IMG/VR virus record: IMGVR_UViG_3300031951_000034
Span: 32,001 to 96,000 of that record
Strand: one strand, 5' to 3'
Length of the DNA: 64,000 nt
Source of the DNA: a virus
Position numbers and translations under genes: made by a program. Below the pieces are notes generated by a model. That model ran no database searches. It saw nothing but the letters and a program-made list of their open reading frames with translations, and had not been told where the DNA came from. This document shows positions 42,163 to 51,979 of this stretch, piece after piece (positions within the stretch are counted from its first letter, which is position 1; every line of letters starts with the position of its first letter).

Positions 42163-42705
42163 ATGTCTAAGAAAAGTAAGAAAAATGAAATACAAATAAA
42201 TCCTGGCGACAATGTGTTGCTGCAATTACCCAAAAACCAACCAGGAAGAAATGTTTGCTGCTCTGTTCGTGTGCTAAACAGAAAATGTGAATCACCCGAC
42301 AAATTCATTGGACAAGTAATTGAGATAGTTTCAATGGATTACTCAAACAAAGATTTTGTTCCTGGAAAAATATTAGAATTGCCTAAATCCAAAATAGTAT
42401 CGGCACATTCATCTATGTTAAACGGAGAAAAAACCTTTTTGACAATTGACGTCTCAAATGGTTGTATTTCCGCAATATACAGGACGGATGGCGAGATAGA
42501 ACCAATAAATGTTAGAGTGATTGACACCGACTATGAGTCTGATCAAGTATTCAGGGTTGATGCCGTGTCTGCACCATTAATAACTAAGGTAATAAATGAA
42601 CAAAATGATCTTCCCAATATTTTTTCATCAGAAGAATTAAATAATGAAGGCTACATAGGAGTAACTGGGGATCCTGGTCCGATAGGGCCGCCTGGAATAC
42701 CATAA
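42163..42705 (+). CDS. hypothetical protein with a short C-terminal Gly-X-Y tail (180 aa)
   Basis: Ends [18 protein letters not shown]. It lies 15 nt after the RT. Confidence 0.6.
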   Translation: MSKKSKKNEIQINPGDNVLLQLPKNQPGRNVCCSVRVLNRKCESPDKFIGQVIEIVSMDYSNKDFVPGKILELPKSKIVSAHSSMLNGEKTFLTIDVSNGCISAIYRTDGEIEPINVRVIDTDYESDQVFRVDAVSAPLITKVINEQNDLPNIFSSEELNNEGYIGVTGDPGPIGPPGIP

Positions 42706-42743
42706 TTATAAGTCATAAATAAAATACAATAACCTAAAATATA

Positions 42744-43898
42744 GTGAAAATTAAAATCGCACACTTAGCGGATCTACACATAGGAAGTTACCAATACGGA
42801 ATAACAAAAAGAAAATTAAATACTTACAAAAATAATTTAAAAATAGCAAAAGAAATTTCATTAAAACATAATCTTGTTATTGTCGCTGGAGACGTGTTCG
42901 ACTCTGTCGAACCCTCTCCAGATGACGTAAAATGCTGGATAGATATGTGTAAAATCTGGTGGGACAGTAATTGCAAGGTTATTGCTTGCTCGGGAAATCA
43001 TGACAAGGTGGTAGGTCAACATCAGTGGGTTGATCTAGGAAATGAAGAGGGTTTTAGCTCTGAATCAGAACTAGACGAGTCCGGCTCCAAATACATTATA
43101 AACGAAAAACTGTCTCCACTTAAAATTGTATGGATTAGCCATACAAAAAAGTCTGAGCTAAAAACAAAGATAGACAAGATTCCAGATGGACTGGATATAA
43201 TAATGATGCATCAATCAGCTGGTCATTTTTTGGCATCTATCATGAGGCCAGAACTAGATGAGGATGATATGTCATTATTGTCTAAAAAATGTAAATATTT
43301 AGCTCTTGGTGATTTACATATTCATAAAAAAATGCAGATTGGTGAATGTACGGTATGCTATCCAGGAAATGTGGATTTCTTGAGGTTATGTGATATGTAT
43401 AATAATTTTAGATACATATCACTTATATATGACTCCGAAAAATCATCAATTGAGTCTATTACATCTGTTCCTTATACACCGCATCAGAGTACAAACATTT
43501 TTAACTTTGAGTCGAGTACAGATTGTATAGAAAAAATAATGGGTTCAAGTGATTTTAACATATTTAGATATGACCCAGATAAGTCGTCAGACGTAATGAC
43601 GGTTATAGATAAAATAAAATCAAATGAATTGCTCGCTGACAGCGTTTACTACTTCCATAAAAACGTATTCAAGAAAGAAAAGGTAGAGTCAGGTGAGACG
43701 GACATTAACGAAACAAGTTGTTTCAATAATGACGCACAGTTTCTAAATCTTGCGAAAAAAGAAAAAACACTAGATTTGAGGGACTTCAAAATAGTTGAAG
43801 ATATATGGACAAATTCTACACCAGAATTTGTAAAACAAATATTAATGAGTGATTTAAAAAAGGAACTAGATGAAAGTATCAAAAGTGATTCTGAATAA
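42744..43898 (+). CDS. sbcD: SbcD/Mre11-like metallophosphoesterase nuclease
   Basis: DLH, GDVFD, GNHD, MHQ and LGDLH motifs. Confidence 0.9.
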   Translation: MKIKIAHLADLHIGSYQYGITKRKLNTYKNNLKIAKEISLKHNLVIVAGDVFDSVEPSPDDVKCWIDMCKIWWDSNCKVIACSGNHDKVVGQHQWVDLGNEEGFSSESELDESGSKYIINEKLSPLKIVWISHTKKSELKTKIDKIPDGLDIIMMHQSAGHFLASIMRPELDEDDMSLLSKKCKYLALGDLHIHKKMQIGECTVCYPGNVDFLRLCDMYNNFRYISLIYDSEKSSIESITSVPYTPHQSTNIFNFESSTDCIEKIMGSSDFNIFRYDPDKSSDVMTVIDKIKSNELLADSVYYFHKNVFKKEKVESGETDINETSCFNNDAQFLNLAKKEKTLDLRDFKIVEDIWTNSTPEFVKQILMSDLKKELDESIKSDSE

Positions 43899-45663
43899 CT
43901 TTGCTCAACACAAGAGAGTGGAGCATTCATTTGAAGAAAATATAATAGGAATAGTTGGCAAAAATGGTTCAGGCAAAAGTAATTTTGCAAACGCCATTTC
44001 AATCGCTATGACTGGCGAGTTCGGCAAAAAGAAGAAGAAGGATCTTATAACGTTTGGAGAAAAGACTGGCGATATATTCGTTGAGGGAGATATAAATGGA
44101 AACAATTTTTCCATAAGTAGATCTCTTCACGGTAACCAGTGCACATTAAAATATAATAATGAAGAAATTGAGGGAGCTGATTCAGTAAATGAAAGGGTTC
44201 TAGAATTACTTGGATGCGAAAAATCTTTTTTATCAAATATGGTTTTTGTTAGCCAGACAGATATTCTAGGGGTTTTGTTTGGAAGTGTTGCAGAGAGAAA
44301 TAAAACACTTAGGAAGTTTTTTGGTCTACAAAGGTTAGAGGGTTTGGACGATGCATTGACGTCATGGCACAGAAATATATCGTACCCAGCCCTTATAGAT
44401 GAAGACCAAGCAAAAAACGCTATATCAAGCATAAGGTCAATGATTGATGAGAATAATAATTCTGTACAATCAAAGATGTCCGAGATAATAGAACTAAAGG
44501 AATCTATAGATGGAATAGATTTCAATAAAATAACTAAGAATTACTCTGATTCACTGAAGAAAGACAGATTATCTGAAGAAATATCCAGAATAATAAATCA
44601 ATTGGCAGATTCAGAGAAAGAACTCAGCTTGCTAGTTAAACCTACAATTGATATAGATAAAATTCAAAGAATAAAAGAGTCTTCAGAAGGCATAGATCTA
44701 CTGATTGGCGCTCAAAAAAACGAACTAGAAATATTACAAGTATTCTTAAAGCACGATGGTGGGTCAATTACAGAATGCCCTTTGTGCAACTCTACCGTAG
44801 GATCAGAGAACCTAGATGATTTTAGGGAGAGAGAGAGAAAGCTCAGACAAGACATAGACAAAAATATTTTTAAATCAAATGAATACAAAAAAGAATTAAG
44901 GCAACTTGATCGTATTGTATCTACTTATGAAGTAGAAAAAAAGCAACTACTTAAAACTATTTCTAATAGTAATGAGCTACTTGATAGCAAAAAAAAAGAA
45001 TTTGATAGCAAATCGTTTCCATCTCATTCTCCAGATAAATATCAAGACGGTATAAACTTTTATAATAATGTTACCTCAAGTATCCAAAAACTTGAGTCTG
45101 AAATATATTTAATTCAATCTACAAATAAAAAATTAGAGACACAGCTACATGCACACGTATTAGACCTTAAAAAAGCCAATAATAGTAAGCTTTTATACTC
45201 TGGTACAAAGACGCATCACTCAAGAATCTCCAGAATAAGAGATATATTCAGGCATGACGGCTTGAGTGGAGTTTATATAAATCATCAAATGAATAAGATG
45301 TCTCAATCAATTAATGAATACCTTAATAGATTTGGTGCTGCTTATAATGTAAAGCTTGGTCAAGACAATGAATTTATATGCGATTTTGGAAACAAAGTTA
45401 GACCATCAAGTGATTTGTCTTGCGGTCAAAAAGTCGTACTATCTCTAGCATTTAGGTTTGCTGCAAGAGAGATATTCACAACTGGAGTAAATTTAATAGT
45501 TCTTGATGAACCGACTACATGGTTAGACAGAGAAACTATATTGAACTTCAAAAATATAATAGAAAGTATTTCTGAGCTTTCTGACACTAACAATTTACAA
45601 ACATTGATTGTTACTCACGAGAGATCATTAATGCCTTATTTTAAACAAACCATTGAATTTTAA
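43870..45663 (+). CDS. sbcC: SbcC/Rad50-like SMC ATPase
   Basis: GKNGSGKS, zinc hook CPLC, signature LSCGQ, and Walker B VLDEP plus H-loop. Confidence 0.9.
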   Translation: MKVSKVILNNFAQHKRVEHSFEENIIGIVGKNGSGKSNFANAISIAMTGEFGKKKKKDLITFGEKTGDIFVEGDINGNNFSISRSLHGNQCTLKYNNEEIEGADSVNERVLELLGCEKSFLSNMVFVSQTDILGVLFGSVAERNKTLRKFFGLQRLEGLDDALTSWHRNISYPALIDEDQAKNAISSIRSMIDENNNSVQSKMSEIIELKESIDGIDFNKITKNYSDSLKKDRLSEEISRIINQLADSEKELSLLVKPTIDIDKIQRIKESSEGIDLLIGAQKNELEILQVFLKHDGGSITECPLCNSTVGSENLDDFRERERKLRQDIDKNIFKSNEYKKELRQLDRIVSTYEVEKKQLLKTISNSNELLDSKKKEFDSKSFPSHSPDKYQDGINFYNNVTSSIQKLESEIYLIQSTNKKLETQLHAHVLDLKKANNSKLLYSGTKTHHSRISRIRDIFRHDGLSGVYINHQMNKMSQSINEYLNRFGAAYNVKLGQDNEFICDFGNKVRPSSDLSCGQKVVLSLAFRFAAREIFTTGVNLIVLDEPTTWLDRETILNFKNIIESISELSDTNNLQTLIVTHERSLMPYFKQTIEF

Positions 45664-46015
45664 TTATATGGTAAACAAAAAAAAAGATCTTGGTATATCA
45701 ATATCAAAAACTAAGAAGGCATACAAATTGCTGTCGATAAAAAAAGTTGACGATAAGGTTTACCCACTTTTTATTGACAAAAAGAACAGCATACCAATTG
45801 GTGAATGGATAAAAGCAAAAAGCTTGCCAACCGATGGTTTTAGGCTTAGGAGTGGTTGGCATTCGTGCATGACGCCGAATGCTCCACACCTGACAGAGAA
45901 AAATAGAAAATGGTTTCATGTAGAAATATGTAACTACAAGGAATTTGAAAGACCAGATGCACAGGGAAAAAAATGGTATGTATCTGAGTGGATCAAAATC
46001 CTGAAACCCGCTTAA
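45653..46015 (+). CDS. hypothetical protein
   Basis: 120-aa ORF overlapping the sbcC stop. The start is uncertain. Confidence 0.55.
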   Translation: MNFNYMVNKKKDLGISISKTKKAYKLLSIKKVDDKVYPLFIDKKNSIPIGEWIKAKSLPTDGFRLRSGWHSCMTPNAPHLTEKNRKWFHVEICNYKEFERPDAQGKKWYVSEWIKILKPA

Positions 46016-46027
46016 CTGAAACTTTAA

Positions 46028-47458
46028 ATGAAATTTAATATAATTAGATCTAATGGACTTATAAAAATACAGCCATTCAACACCGAAATACTCGAAGAGC
46101 TTAGTTTTTTCTATAAATATAGAGCAAAGATAAAAAAAAGTTTTTTTGACAAAAGAATAGGAAAAATAAGAGAAATATTAGTTGATGGTCCATTGAAGGT
46201 GATAAAGAAGAATCTGTATTCCTTCACAAAGGATCAAACAGGTATCATTACACACGATGGGCTTTTACCTAGAGTTAAGAACTACCTAGATCTTAATTCA
46301 CATGAATACGAGGTGGAGAACATTGGAGACGGCTTTGCAAAACCCGTAATTACCGATAGAGTGTATGAAGGGTTGTATCCAGATCAAAAATGTGCAGTTG
46401 AGCTTATGCTGTCGCAGGACGGTGGATGTATGATCGAAGCGGCTACAAATACTGGTAAAACTAGAATTATTGCCTCTATCTGTAGAGCATATAAAGGCAA
46501 AAAAGGAATAGTTGTTACTAATAGACAGTCAGTTGCAATAAAACTTTACAAAGATTTAATAGAATTGTCGCCAGAGTCTAATCCTGGAGTTTATTTATCT
46601 ACGGCTAAAAAGAGTGGAGACACAATGGTAATCACATCTTCTTCTTTAGATAAATTTAATCCAGAGTCAATAGATTATATAATTTATGACGAAGCGCATG
46701 GAGCGGGTAGTGAAGTTCGTTCACAGAATTTATTAAACTTCAAGGGTGCAGTTAGGTATGGTTTGTCTGCGACTCTTGGAGGCGGGTTCAAAGGAATAGA
46801 TAAATATCTGGAGTCAATATTTGGTCCAATAGTATTTAGTCTTACAGACCAACAACTTGAAGCAATGAATAGAGCTACACCGCTCCATGTACATGTCATG
46901 GATATAACCACAGGGCCAGCATTCTCTAGTGGAACACAATCATTGACGATGGAGAGAAACGGAGTATGGTTCAATCGACAGAGAAATAAGCTGATAAAAG
47001 AATGCGTGGATATATGCCCACCAGACCAACAATTAGTTATATATGTAAGAACTTATACTCATTTAGAGGAATTGATGTATAGGTACCTGGACGATTCATT
47101 TAAGGTTTTTCACGGAAAACTTCCAGCCAAGGAAAAGAAAAAGTTATTAGACGGATTCAATAGTGGAGAAATAAAAAGAATGGTTTCCACTGATTGTTTG
47201 GCTGAGGGTGTGGACCCCAAAAATCTTTATGTGATCATAAACGCAAATTGGATGCAATCGGATATATCTGTTCTACAAAAAGCTGGGAGAAATAGAAGAT
47301 TAACCGATGGCAAGGAGTTTGGGGTTGTGATAGACTTTAATGATTGTTGGGATGAACGCATGACCAGGAAATCAAAAAATAGATTAAAACATTATTCAAC
47401 AAAAGGTTATAAAATATTTGAATCGTCATCTCCCTCTAAAATAGAGTTTGTAAAATGA
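46028..47458 (+). CDS. SF2 DNA helicase (UvsW-like)
   Basis: ATNTGKT, YDEAH, GLSAT, and QKAGRNRR motif VI. Confidence 0.85.
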   Translation: MKFNIIRSNGLIKIQPFNTEILEELSFFYKYRAKIKKSFFDKRIGKIREILVDGPLKVIKKNLYSFTKDQTGIITHDGLLPRVKNYLDLNSHEYEVENIGDGFAKPVITDRVYEGLYPDQKCAVELMLSQDGGCMIEAATNTGKTRIIASICRAYKGKKGIVVTNRQSVAIKLYKDLIELSPESNPGVYLSTAKKSGDTMVITSSSLDKFNPESIDYIIYDEAHGAGSEVRSQNLLNFKGAVRYGLSATLGGGFKGIDKYLESIFGPIVFSLTDQQLEAMNRATPLHVHVMDITTGPAFSSGTQSLTMERNGVWFNRQRNKLIKECVDICPPDQQLVIYVRTYTHLEELMYRYLDDSFKVFHGKLPAKEKKKLLDGFNSGEIKRMVSTDCLAEGVDPKNLYVIINANWMQSDISVLQKAGRNRRLTDGKEFGVVIDFNDCWDERMTRKSKNRLKHYSTKGYKIFESSSPSKIEFVK

Positions 47459-48379
47459 GTAATACAAAAATTCAAAACACTATTGATTCCTGCCTGTGCG
47501 AGGATCAAGAAATTCAATTAGCCGATGGGTATGAAGATGCCTTTGTGGGTATTGCTACTCAATTTGATAGGACATTTGCTGTTTATGATCGTGCCAAGTG
47601 CGTAGAGACCCTTATGAAAGACATGTCTCACGACGAAGCCGAGGAATACTTTCAGTTTAATGTCGAAGGAGCTTATGTAGGAAAAAACACCCCAGCCTTC
47701 ATTTGCTTTGAAAGGAGCTAAAATGGCAACAAACGAAAGCCAGCAAGAAAACATAACACCATGGAACATAAAAAAAATATACGAAATTTTTAGAAGAAGA
47801 TCGACACCAGGATATAAATCTGGAACAAAATTTGATGATTGCTGGATAAAACTAGCAAACACACTTAAACAAAAAAACATATGCCCCGTTCTCTATTTGG
47901 AGAGTTTGTTCGAGAAATGGGGAGGTATTCCATTTCCATCTCAGCTATGTGGCGAGCGCTCTATGACAATCTTCAGTCAATACCTAGAAAAAGGTGAAAC
48001 AGTTGGTCAAATGGAGTTCGAGAATGAAATAAGAATACTAAATAATTATTTAAATAACCCAAATAATAAGGAAAAAGAATTGGACGATGTTTTATTGTTA
48101 GATTTTTTACCAATAAAATCATACACAAGAGTATTGCTTTGTTCTGATAACATCTTCGATAAACTAAAAAAATATACAGGCACTGCAATTGCAGAATTAA
48201 AGTCAAACCCCTCAACAAATAAATACATAAAAGAAAACTATGTCTCAAGATATATCAGATTATTTCCACAAAGAATTTCAAAGAGCATTAATAGCGAATA
48301 TAATGAGATCCCCGAGCCTTCTTCAGGTTCTCAGAGACGGGAGGATGTCCCAATTAGACGTAGACCTTCCAATACATAG
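47455..48379 (+). CDS. two hypothetical ORFs (47455-47721, 47723-48379)
   Basis: The first carries the common phage motif ADG.EDAFVG...A.EYF.FNV.GAYVG..TP. Confidence 0.6.
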
Positions 48380-49643
48380 AGCTGTAATACAAGCATGTAT
48401 TGAAATACTAAAACATCAGAACCAAGAAGTTGTTAACGGCATACACATGGAGCTTTTAGCTTTGCAGCTTAATTCCATGATAAAAATTGGTGTAATAATG
48501 GAAGAGGAAAAGCCTGGCTTAATAAGCGAGGTAGATAGAATGTACTCCATGAGCATTCATCCAGAGTATTTTCTTTCTATACTTCCAAGTTATTTGTCTG
48601 AAGTAAGAATAAAACGATTAATAAAAGGATATAAGCCAGGAGAAGCTGTAGACCTTGCAAGAAGGCTTGAACTTACAATCGATGATACAATGTCGATAGG
48701 TAAGGAAGAAGAAGATGTTGAGGTGTCCCCATTAATAACCCCCTTGCTGTCTCACACTCCAGTAATAACTGTGCCAAGTGGAATAAGCTCCATAGACTCC
48801 AGAATGACTGGTGGACTTGGTAAGGGGGAGCTTGGTATAATTTGCGGTATGACAGGTTTAGGAAAGACAACCCTAGCCGTTAATTTTTGTTGGGGGGCTG
48901 CATCTGCCACATACAAAGCTCTATTGATTACACTGGAGATTCCAGCCAAAAAAATATCAGAACGTTTGTATTCAAGAATAACTCAAATAGATTATTCTAG
49001 GATTCGTTCTGGTGACAATGGCGACATGGAAAATGTAAATAGAGAGGTATGGGGTATAGTCAGCCAGGTCCCAGATCGTATAAGACAAAACTTCAGGATA
49101 CTGGATTTTTCTAAGGATTCTTGCTCTATCAAAGAAATCGGAAAAAGGCTCTCTAAGATGAGAGCACAAAACGATTTGCCAGATGTTGTATTTTTAGATT
49201 GGCTAGACGCCTTAGAAACAGACCCAGAGGATAGAATAAAGGGAACAGTAAAAAGAGAATTACGACATGAATTGAGAGAGTATTCAAATAAATGCTCTGA
49301 ATTGGCCAAGGAATATAATGTAGCTTTTTGGGCTACGACACAATCTAATGCCAGTGGAGACAACAACAGAAACATTAGAATGACTAACGCCTCCGAGGGA
49401 TTTGGCAAATCTCACAGGTGTTCAGTGTTCTTAGGTATAGGAGCTACTGACGCTGACCGAGAAACTGGAAGGCTTACAGTTAAAGCCGGAAAGATGAGGG
49501 ATGGTCGAATATTTGAGACACAAATACAGGCCAGGCTCGATAAACAAACCTTTGAGGATGTACCACCAGACTTAGATTTTGCACCACCAGAAGCTGCCAA
49601 TTTTACTCCAATAAATGAAAGAGGCGCAAATGCTAATAGATAA
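48240..49643 (+). CDS. dnaB: replicative DNA helicase, DnaB-like
   Basis: GELGIICGMTGLGKT, ITLE, VFLDW, ATTQ and K.RDG motifs. Confidence 0.85.
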   Translation: MSQDISDYFHKEFQRALIANIMRSPSLLQVLRDGRMSQLDVDLPIHRAVIQACIEILKHQNQEVVNGIHMELLALQLNSMIKIGVIMEEEKPGLISEVDRMYSMSIHPEYFLSILPSYLSEVRIKRLIKGYKPGEAVDLARRLELTIDDTMSIGKEEEDVEVSPLITPLLSHTPVITVPSGISSIDSRMTGGLGKGELGIICGMTGLGKTTLAVNFCWGAASATYKALLITLEIPAKKISERLYSRITQIDYSRIRSGDNGDMENVNREVWGIVSQVPDRIRQNFRILDFSKDSCSIKEIGKRLSKMRAQNDLPDVVFLDWLDALETDPEDRIKGTVKRELRHELREYSNKCSELAKEYNVAFWATTQSNASGDNNRNIRMTNASEGFGKSHRCSVFLGIGATDADRETGRLTVKAGKMRDGRIFETQIQARLDKQTFEDVPPDLDFAPPEAANFTPINERGANANR

Positions 49644-50673
49644 AGAACAGGTCATTAAGCAGTTTCCAGAAGCTAAAATCTCAAATGCTAGTGGACACAT
49701 AGAATATGTTGTACACTGCAGAAAGTTCCACAAAAAGGGTGGAAAATATAAACTATCTATAAACTCAGAAACAGGCGCATTCATGTGTAATGACTGCGGC
49801 TGGAAGGGAAATGCTCTTCAAGAGTTCTTTGACGAAGGTTCTCAATTTTTTGCGAGTATGAAAATACATCGCAGATATGATGTACCTGAATCGACCAGCT
49901 CTTTTAGGTCGTATAACCACGTGGAATGGAGAGATGGTATACCTTCTCCAGGAAAACTAAAATCAATATCTTGCCTGGACCCCAAACATCCAGCTGTAAA
50001 TTACCTAAGAGAAAGAGGTGTCACAGATAGTGATTGCCATGCATATGATATACAATATTGTACTCATGGTTACTATTACTTTTGCTCAAGATTAGGTACT
50101 ACTTCTGGAAGGATTATTTTTCCAATATATATGTCAAACAAGCTTGTTGGGTGGCAGGCAAGACAAGTAGACAGAAACAACCCAGAGAGAGAAGTTTGGC
50201 ATGGAGAGGAAGTTGGATGGTGGAAACCCAAGAAGGTTAAACTATCTGACGGTAAAATAACGTATAGTGATTACGAAGTCCCTAAGTATTACACATGCCC
50301 TGGAATGCATAGATCAAGGTCTTTATTAAACTTTGATTATGCTATAAAAGACAGTGACATGGTTGTTGTAGTTGAGGGACCGATAGACTGTATAAAGGTT
50401 GGGGAAAGGTCTGTTGCAACGTTCGGCAAAAAGATAACAAAAGATCAAATACGTATATTAAAATCTAATTGGTCTAAAGTATTGATGATATTAGATGAAG
50501 AGGTAGATACTAATGAGCCATGGTTTAAGGAGCTTGAAAACTCATTCGAAGGGGTATATTTTTTATGGATGAAGTTGTCCGATTTTGAAGACCCTGGTTC
50601 TGCTCCAAGAGAAGAAATATGGAAACAAATTAAACAAAAGACAAAAAATGACTACAGTGCAAAAATATCCTGA
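49615..50673 (+). CDS. DNA primase (zinc finger plus Toprim)
   Basis: C..FH...C.DC zinc motif, YL.ERG, GRIIFPI, VVEGPID and LDEE. Confidence 0.8.
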   Translation: MKEAQMLIDKEQVIKQFPEAKISNASGHIEYVVHCRKFHKKGGKYKLSINSETGAFMCNDCGWKGNALQEFFDEGSQFFASMKIHRRYDVPESTSSFRSYNHVEWRDGIPSPGKLKSISCLDPKHPAVNYLRERGVTDSDCHAYDIQYCTHGYYYFCSRLGTTSGRIIFPIYMSNKLVGWQARQVDRNNPEREVWHGEEVGWWKPKKVKLSDGKITYSDYEVPKYYTCPGMHRSRSLLNFDYAIKDSDMVVVVEGPIDCIKVGERSVATFGKKITKDQIRILKSNWSKVLMILDEEVDTNEPWFKELENSFEGVYFLWMKLSDFEDPGSAPREEIWKQIKQKTKNDYSAKIS

Positions 50674-50899
50674 TGACATAGAAAATATTATTTATGAAAT
50701 ACTTGCAAGTGTCCCGGAGGACTCAAATGGCATAAGTATTTCAGATATTTTTCAAGTCATTATACAGACAAGAAAAATAGATATTAAACCTGAAGCAGTT
50801 TATCAATTTATACAGAGAATGTGTAAAGAAGGTATGGCAGAGAAGATAAATGAAAACTTATATAAAGGTATTAAGTTTGATCCTGAGTTCCCCATTTAA
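50648..50899 (+). CDS. small putative winged-helix protein
   Basis: 83 aa from the ATG at 50648, with a helix-helix-wing hydrophobic pattern. Confidence 0.4.
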   Translation: MTTVQKYPDDIENIIYEILASVPEDSNGISISDIFQVIIQTRKIDIKPEAVYQFIQRMCKEGMAEKINENLYKGIKFDPEFPI

Positions 50900-50905
50900 A
50901 GAATA

Positions 50906-51203
50906 AATAAATTTTTGGCTTTTGATGGCAGATTGCCATCTTTTTAAAATGCTTATAGCAACTCGACGCTCGCAGATAGCAGGCGTCATGTAATTCTTCA
51001 GTAAACGCTTGCAGACCTGCAAATTACCGGGTACCGGCTGCACAAGTGCAGCCTTAACCCGGAATTTGCAGGCAGCGGCGCATTACTGAAGAATTGTACT
51101 CCGCCGCGAGGGGAGGAAACCGTCCTGAACCACCCGGTGGGCAGCCTGGTTGCACCAGGCAGCCCAACCGGGCCAGTTCAGGACTCATTCGCAAAAATTT
51201 ATT
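50906..51203 (+). ncRNA. retron msr-msd-like ncRNA, unit 1 (298 nt)
   Basis: 12-bp terminal inverted repeat AATAAATTTTTG/CAAAAATTTATT, unpaired G50918, hairpin GATGGCA-GAT-TGCCATC, and two long arms at 50992-51095 and 51122-51184. Confidence 0.7.
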
Positions 51204-51211
51204 ACTATAAA

Positions 51212-51604
51212 AAGTTCTGGCTATTAGACAGAAGGTTTCTGTCATTTTATTATGTCACGTACATATAAGTGGTGTCCTGAGGCACCAGAGTAACTGGTCC
51301 GCCACGACACGAGCTGGATCGTGCCCACGGAATTCGTCAGGGGAGCTCACTCCACCCGGCAGGCCCATTAGGCCCTGCCGAGGTGGAGGAGCCTCCCCAG
51401 ACGACCTTCCTTTGGGCACGTCCTACTCGTGCGTGCGCGGCCTTCCAACCGTGCCAACACTGTAGGGCCCTGGAGCCTCGCGCCCCGGTTCTCTACGTGT
51501 CTGGGTCACGGCGTTCACCGGGGAGCTTCTGCTCCAGGGCCCTCACAGTATGGCACGGTGTACGGCCACCAGTTACAAACTCTTACGAGTTTTACGCAGA
51601 ACTT
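51212..51604 (+). ncRNA. retron msr-msd-like ncRNA, unit 2 (393 nt)
   Basis: 8-bp terminal inverted repeat AAGTTCTG/CAGAACTT, unpaired G51220, hairpin GACAGAA-GGT-TTCTGTC, and GTAACTGGT/ACCAGTTAC closing two long GC-rich arms. Confidence 0.7.
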
Positions 51605-51618
51605 GAATAAAATATAAG

Positions 51619-51975
51619 AAAATTTCTGGCTTTTGTTGCACGGTTGTGCAACTTTCATCATTGCAGTTTAGTCAATGTAAGGCCTGCACTGTGGCGTCAT
51701 AGAAAATCACGATCTACGCCCCTCACAGCGGGTCTTCAGGCCTACCACCGGTAGGCCTGAAGGTCCCCGTCTGGAGAGGCTGCGATCAGGTCTTGGACGC
51801 CTGTAAGTACAGGCCGTAAGCGGATCTCTCGCCGGTTCCACACCGACGGGCCCTATCCGGCTATCCACGGGTTGCTAACTGAGGTGACCTACGGTCACCT
51901 CAGACCGCACGCCCGTGGAGCCGGAGCGCCCGCAGTGCGCAACCGGCAATTCGCTCCTTTCTACGCAGAAATTTT
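51619..51975 (+). ncRNA. retron msr-msd-like ncRNA, unit 3 (357 nt)
   Basis: 10-bp terminal inverted repeat AAAATTTCTG/CAGAAATTTT, unpaired G51629, hairpin GTTGCAC-GGTT-GTGCAAC, and arms including CTTCAGGCCTAC/GTAGGCCTGAAG and CTGAGGTGACC/GGTCACCTCAG. Confidence 0.7.
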
Positions 51976-51979
51976 TAAA

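Noticed and set aside
51110-51126. GAGGAAAC stretch reminiscent of the RNase P P4 helix
   Set aside because: It is a partial match only, with no complementary 3' P4 strand, and it is a linker between two arms of unit 1.
51054-51979. ORFs 51054-51245, 51383-51610 and 51429-51617, and the TTG-started N-terminal extension of dnaE (51872)
   Set aside because: They are short, have GC-rich composition unlike the phage genes, and coincide with the paired arms. The RNA-structure explanation is much stronger.
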